This document shows, in pieces, positions 59,175 through 64,000 of a stretch of DNA of 64,000 nucleotides; the stretch's first letter is position 1; each line of letters begins with the position of its first letter. Below the pieces are notes generated by a model, which saw nothing but the letters and a program-made list of their open reading frames with translations, was not told where the DNA came from and made no database searches. This DNA comes from Polyangiales bacterium (lineage in GTDB: Bacteria > Myxococcota_A > Polyangia > Polyangiales > Ga0077539): NCBI GenBank assembly GCA_044229975.1, contig JBGARZ010000022.1, positions 64,001 to 128,000 on the forward strand, given 5' to 3'. Both the position numbers and the translations under genes were made by a program.

Positions 59175-59229
59175 GCGGGTCGCTGCCTATCACCGCGAGC
59201 CGGCGTTGCAGTCGTCGGCCCCATCGACG

Positions 59230-60249
59230 ATGAATGCGCCCGCCATGACCACCCCACAGCAAGACCAGCGCGTCCCGGTGACCGTGCTCACCGGCTTCCT
59301 CGGCGCGGGCAAGACCACGCTCCTCAACCGCATCCTCACCGAGCACCACGGCAAGCGCGTGGCCGTGATCGAGAACGAGTTTGGCGAGGTGGGCATCGAC
59401 CAGGCGCTCGTCATCCGCGCCGACGAAGAAGTCTTCGAGATGAACAACGGCTGCCTCTGCTGCACCGTGCGCGGCGACCTCATCCGCATCCTCGGCTCGC
59501 TCGCGAAGCGCCGCGATCGCTTCGATCACGTGCTGGTCGAGACCACCGGGCTCGCCGACCCCGGACCCGTGGCGCAGACCTTCTTCGCCGACGACGAGGT
59601 GGTGGCCCGCTATCGGCTCGACGGCATCGTGACGGTGGTCGACGCGAAGCACCTCGGGCTGCACTTCGACGACAGCCGGGAGTGCCGCGAGCAGATCGCC
59701 TTCGCCGACGTGGTGATCGTCAACAAGGTCGACCTCGTGGGCGACGACGAGGCCGCGCGGGTCGAGCGCCGGGTGCGCGGGGTCAACGCCGTCGCGAAGG
59801 TCTACCGCGGGGTTCGTGAGGTGGAGGTCGCGCGCCTCATCGACGTCGGCGGCTTCGACCTCGACCGCGCCCTGGAGGTGGAGCCGCACTTCCTCGACGC
59901 CGAAGAGCACGGGCACGACGACCATGACCACCACGAGCACGATCACCAGCACGACGAGACGGTGACCTCGGTGGGCATCCGCTGCGACGGCGAGGTCGAA
60001 GAGGCCCGCTTCAACGACTGGATCACCGAGCTCGTGCAGGAGCGCGGCGCCGACATGTTTCGCACCAAGGGGGTGCTCAACCTGAAGGGCGCGGAGAAGC
60101 GCTTCGTGTTCCAGGGGGTGCACATGGTCATCGACGCGACGGAGGGTCAGGCCTGGGGCGATGCGCCGCGGCGCAACGAGCTGGTGTTCATCGGTCGGGG
60201 TCTCGACCGCGCGGCGCTCAACGAGGGGTTTCGCTCGTGCCTGGTCTGA
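59230..60249 (+). CDS. COG0523/CobW family GTPase metallochaperone
   Basis: [29 protein letters not shown], His-rich linker, FQGVH. Confidence 0.93.
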   Translation: MNAPAMTTPQQDQRVPVTVLTGFLGAGKTTLLNRILTEHHGKRVAVIENEFGEVGIDQALVIRADEEVFEMNNGCLCCTVRGDLIRILGSLAKRRDRFDHVLVETTGLADPGPVAQTFFADDEVVARYRLDGIVTVVDAKHLGLHFDDSRECREQIAFADVVIVNKVDLVGDDEAARVERRVRGVNAVAKVYRGVREVEVARLIDVGGFDLDRALEVEPHFLDAEEHGHDDHDHHEHDHQHDETVTSVGIRCDGEVEEARFNDWITELVQERGADMFRTKGVLNLKGAEKRFVFQGVHMVIDATEGQAWGDAPRRNELVFIGRGLDRAALNEGFRSCLV

Positions 60250-61286
60250 TCAAGCTGCGAGGCGGCAAGCGCGAGCTCAAGGCGCGCTGGCGGGCGCGTC
60301 TGTCGGAGTACGCGCTCGGCGTGGCGTGGTCGGCGGACGGGCGCTCGCTCGCCGCGGCGACGACGGCGGGCGAGGTGACGATGTTCGACGGTGACACGGG
60401 GGCCGTTCGATGGACGCGACTCGTGTGCGCAGAGGGGTTGAGCGCGCTCGCGTCTGGTCCGGGCGACGTGCTGGCGGTCGGCGCGATGGACGGCACGGCG
60501 CGGCTGCTCGCGGCAGCCGATGGTCGGGAGCTCGCGGCGCTGCCCAACGGCAAGGCGTGGGTCGAGCACGTCGCGTGGAGCCCCGACGGAAAGTGGCTGG
60601 CGACGGCCGCGGGCAAGGTGTTGCGCTTGTGGACGTCGGCGGGTGAGCCGTGGATGGAGACGCCCGCGCAGGCGAGCACCGTCACGGGCGTGGCGTGGCG
60701 CGGCGACGGCGGTGAGGTCGCCACCATCGGCTACGGCGGCGCTCAGTTGTGGGGCATGGCCGAGCGCGGCAGCAGCCGTCAGTTGGAGTGGAAGGGCTCG
60801 CTGGTGAGCGTGGCGTGGAGCCCCGACGGCGCGGTGCTCGCGTGCGGGAGCCAGGACTGCTCGGTGCACTTCTGGCGCGTGGCGACGGACGTCGACTCGG
60901 AGATGAGCGGGTACCCGTTGAAGGTGAAGTCGCTGGCCTGGGACGGGGCGAGCAGGCTGCTCGCGACGAGCGGGGACGTCGACGTGACGGTGTGGAAGTT
61001 CGAGGGCGCCGGCCCCGAGGGGAGCGAGCCCGTGACGCTCAAGGGGCACGACGGCCCCGTGACGACGCTGGCGTTTGCGCGCAAGGGAGAGGCGCTGGCC
61101 TCGGGCGGCGCTGATGGCGTCGTTGCGCTGTGGGAGCCGCGACGCGGGCCGACGCCGCGAGGCGCGGGCTTCGGCGAAGCGGGGACGGAAGTGGCCGAGG
61201 TGTCGGGCCTCGCGTGGCGCGCGGACGGCAAGGCGCTGGCGAGCGCCGACGGCGCGGGCGCGGTGACCGTGTGGTCGGTGGGGTAG
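60237..61286 (+). CDS. WD40 repeat protein
   Basis: Repeated VAWSPDG..LA motifs; overlaps the COG0523 gene end. Confidence 0.88.
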   Translation: MPGLIKLRGGKRELKARWRARLSEYALGVAWSADGRSLAAATTAGEVTMFDGDTGAVRWTRLVCAEGLSALASGPGDVLAVGAMDGTARLLAAADGRELAALPNGKAWVEHVAWSPDGKWLATAAGKVLRLWTSAGEPWMETPAQASTVTGVAWRGDGGEVATIGYGGAQLWGMAERGSSRQLEWKGSLVSVAWSPDGAVLACGSQDCSVHFWRVATDVDSEMSGYPLKVKSLAWDGASRLLATSGDVDVTVWKFEGAGPEGSEPVTLKGHDGPVTTLAFARKGEALASGGADGVVALWEPRRGPTPRGAGFGEAGTEVAEVSGLAWRADGKALASADGAGAVTVWSVG

Positions 61287-61289
61287 CGG

Positions 61290-62588
61290 CTACAAGCCGA
61301 CGACGGGGGTGGGGACGACGCGGCGCTCGGTGGTTCCGTCGCCGAGCTGTCCCTGGTCGTTGAAGCCCCAGCAGAGCACTTCGCCGTTGGTGCGTCGGGC
61401 GCAGGTGTGGTTGAGCCCGGCGACCACCTCTCTCGCGTCGGGGAGGTTCGTCGTCCGCGTCGGGATGAGCTCGTCGGTGCGCGACCCGTCGCCGAGCTGC
61501 CCGAGGCCGTTGCTGCCCCAGCACACGACCTGGCCGCCCACGAGCCGCGCGCAGGTGTGGTTGCTCCCGGCCGTAAGGCCCGCCGCGTCGACGATGCTGC
61601 GCACGTTGACGGCCGAGGGCCGTGGGATGCGCGAGCCGTCGCCGACCTGGCCGTTGGTGTTGGAGCCCCAGCAGAGCACCGTCCCGTCGCCTCGACGGGC
61701 GCAGACGTGAAACTGGCCCGTGGTGATCTCCGTCGTGTCTTCCAGGCCCATGACCGGCGTCGGCCGGAAGCGCATGAAGCCTCCGGAGGTGCCGTCCCCG
61801 AGCTGGCCCTCGAAGTTGCGACCCCAGCACAGGACGCGCCCCGAGGTCAGCCGCGCGCACGAGTGCGAGAAGCCGGCGACGACCTGCACGGCGTCGGTGA
61901 TGCCGACCACCGTGACCGGCAGGAAGCGGGTGCTGCCCGGGGTGTCGTCGCCGAGCTCGCCGGAGGTGTTGCCGCCCCAGCACGCGACCTGACCCGACCT
62001 GCGTCGTACGCACGTATGGTTGTGCCCGCCCGCGACCTGGACGGCGTCGTTGAGCCCGCTCACCAGGACCGGCGTCGCGCGGTCGCGGCGTTGACCGTTG
62101 CCGAGCTCGCCGTGCTCGCCGAGGCCCCAGCAGAACACCAGCCCGTCGCGGCGCACCGCGCAGGTGTGCTCCTCGCCGGCGGCGATGGAGACGGCATCGG
62201 TGACGCCCTCCACGGCGCGAGGCTCGGTGCGGCGAGGGCCCATGGTGCCGTCGCCGAGCTGCCCGACGCGGTTGGAACCCCAGCACAGGACGACGCCCGA
62301 CGAGCGCAGCGCGCAGCTGTGCGAGCCGCCCGCCGCGAGCTGAACGACGTCTCGCGGGATGGGAACATCCGGCACCAGGGGGACGTCGGGCACCGACGAC
62401 GCGTCGACGACGGTCGGGACGTCGGGCGCGGTGAAGACGTCCTGGGTGTTCGCGTCGTCGGTCGCGGCGTCGGGGCGGTCGGCGTCGAGCTCGCCATGGA
62501 GGGGCGTGCGCGACCCGCAGGCGGACAGCACAAGGGCGACGCCGACCGTCGCGAAACGGGCCGGAAGGGAGGGGCGTCGGGCTTCCAT
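61290..62588 (-). CDS. RCC1-repeat lipoprotein
   Basis: Lipobox LSAC; seven H.CA...G.V.CWG.N..G[QE].G repeats. Confidence 0.92.
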   Translation of the reverse strand: MEARRPSLPARFATVGVALVLSACGSRTPLHGELDADRPDAATDDANTQDVFTAPDVPTVVDASSVPDVPLVPDVPIPRDVVQLAAGGSHSCALRSSGVVLCWGSNRVGQLGDGTMGPRRTEPRAVEGVTDAVSIAAGEEHTCAVRRDGLVFCWGLGEHGELGNGQRRDRATPVLVSGLNDAVQVAGGHNHTCVRRRSGQVACWGGNTSGELGDDTPGSTRFLPVTVVGITDAVQVVAGFSHSCARLTSGRVLCWGRNFEGQLGDGTSGGFMRFRPTPVMGLEDTTEITTGQFHVCARRGDGTVLCWGSNTNGQVGDGSRIPRPSAVNVRSIVDAAGLTAGSNHTCARLVGGQVVCWGSNGLGQLGDGSRTDELIPTRTTNLPDAREVVAGLNHTCARRTNGEVLCWGFNDQGQLGDGTTERRVVPTPVVGL

Positions 62589-62641
62589 GGAGGGTGCGCG
62601 CGATCTAACAGAATGGTGCGAGGGCGGACAGTTCGACGGTC

Positions 62642-64000
62642 TCAAGGGTGGTAGCGGGCGCCCGTGCTGGCGACGCTGGTGCCCTCGTACCCGCCCCACA
62701 CGATCATCTCGCTGCCCGTCCAGACCGCACTCGGGGAGGTGCGACGGGTGGGGGCACCGAGGGTCGGTAGGAGCGTCAGGCGCGACGTCGCCGGTGCGAA
62801 GGCCGCTCCTTCGTTGAGGTAGACCTCGGGACCCGAACCCGTCGATCCGCCCCACACCATCATCGCGGTGCCCGTCCACACCGCGGAGTTCGACTTCACG
62901 CTGCGGCTCGTCGGCGTGTCGAAGAGCGTCCACGCGTCGCGGGCCGGGTCGTACACGCCGCCGTCGTGGCGCTCGGCGCCGCCGAGGTCGGCACCCCCGC
63001 CGCCGCCCCAGACGATCATCGTGGTGCCGGTCCAGACGGCGCTTGCGCCCAGGCGGGCGGCCGGAGCGCCCGTCGCCGTCACGGCGCGCCACGCGTCGCG
63101 TGCCGGGTCGTACGCGGCGCCGTCGGCCAGCGTGGAGGTCGAGCCGCCGCCCCAGACGATCATCTCGGTACCCGTCCACACCGCCACATGGGCGTTGCGG
63201 GGGCCGGGCGCGCCGGTCGTCGACAGGGCGGTCCAGCGGTTGAGCGCCGGGTCGTAGCGGCCGCCCGTGTTGTAGCGGGTGCCGCCCGAGGAGATGCCGC
63301 CCCAGACGATCATCTCGGTGCCGGTCCACACGGCGGAGTGACCCGACGAGCGGGCGGGCGGCGCGTTGACCGATGAGATCGACGACCAGGTGTCGGTCTC
63401 CGGGTCGTACGCCTCACCGGCGGAGTCCGAGTCGTTCGGGCGTCCGCCCCAGACGATCATCCGGGTGCCGGTCCACACGGCCGAGTGTCGGGCGCGGGCG
63501 CGGGCGCCGACGGTCGACGCCAGGCTCCACGAGTCGGTCGCCGGGCGATAGCTGGCCGCGGTGGACATCCGTGCCTCCCCGGCGAACGCGTTCTCCCCGC
63601 CGAACACGATCATGTGCGTTCCGGTCCAGACCGCGGTGTGTGCACGACGACCGAGGAAGCCCGCGGGCGCGGCCATGGGGCTCCACGCTCCGACTCCCGC
63701 GTCGGCCGCGTCGGCCGCGTCCGTCATATCCGTTCCGATGTCTGGAGTGAACACGTCCACGCCAGTGTCGATCGACACGGGAGCGTCGAAGGCGGGCGCG
63801 TCCACGCCAGCGTCCACGATGGCGACTCCCACGTCGTGCGCCGCATCCAACCGTACGTCGGTCGCGGCGCCTGCATCGAGGGGCCGACCGGCGTCGATGG
63901 GCGCGTCGACGGGTACATCCGCGAGAGAGCCCGTGTCGGCTCCTGCATCGACGGCCAGGTCACCGGCGGGCGGCGTCTCGCTGCAACCGAGCAGCCCCGA
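62642..64000 (-). CDS. Kelch-like (WTG..MIVWGG) repeat lipoprotein, start beyond the window
   Basis: Frame is open to base 64000 (SGLLGCSETPP..., lipobox); repeated AVWTGTEMIVWGG blades. Confidence 0.88.
   Translation of the reverse strand, partial: SGLLGCSETPPAGDLAVDAGADTGSLADVPVDAPIDAGRPLDAGAATDVRLDAAHDVGVAIVDAGVDAPAFDAPVSIDTGVDVFTPDIGTDMTDAADAADAGVGAWSPMAAPAGFLGRRAHTAVWTGTHMIVFGGENAFAGEARMSTAASYRPATDSWSLASTVGARARARHSAVWTGTRMIVWGGRPNDSDSAGEAYDPETDTWSSISSVNAPPARSSGHSAVWTGTEMIVWGGISSGGTRYNTGGRYDPALNRWTALSTTGAPGPRNAHVAVWTGTEMIVWGGGSTSTLADGAAYDPARDAWRAVTATGAPAARLGASAVWTGTTMIVWGGGGGADLGGAERHDGGVYDPARDAWTLFDTPTSRSVKSNSAVWTGTAMMVWGGSTGSGPEVYLNEGAAFAPATSRLTLLPTLGAPTRRTSPSAVWTGSEMIVWGGYEGTSVASTGARYHP

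Noticed and set aside
59175..59245. Zur box or cobalamin riboswitch before the COG0523 gene
   Set aside because: Short GC-rich gap with no AT-rich palindrome or B12 box

Overview
A very GC-rich bacterial window, most likely from a Polyangiales-type myxobacterium (inferred from the FHA-sigma54 activator, the Cys-rich and Asp-linker lipoproteins, and the S12, EF-Tu and S21 sequence signatures). From left to right it holds: grxC, a GH113-like gene, ftsE-ftsX-envC and ruvC; two DUF4139 genes downstream of an orphan T6SS Hcp gene that has a sigma54-type promoter and a divergent FHA-domain activator; a rearranged str/S10 cluster (rpsL-rpsG-fusA-tuf-rpsJ-rplD-rplW-rplB-rpsS-rpsU, with no rplC and ending in rpsU); an S55 peptidase/propeller pair; a DUF4350-MoxR-DUF58 operon; a minus-strand cluster of nadE-like, AMP ligase, ACP, two hydrolase-fold and DprE1/DprE2-like genes; then thiE, a VWA protein, a pectate lyase, gor, COG0523-WD40 and repeat-domain lipoproteins. 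Non-coding features include a structured rpsG-fusA spacer with a 5-codon uORF, a 15-bp inverted repeat between divergent genes, a REPIN-like element, a 22-bp tandem array and a MITE-like element. I saw no rRNA, tRNA, CRISPR array or transposase. All family calls come from motif recognition by eye, not from database searches.
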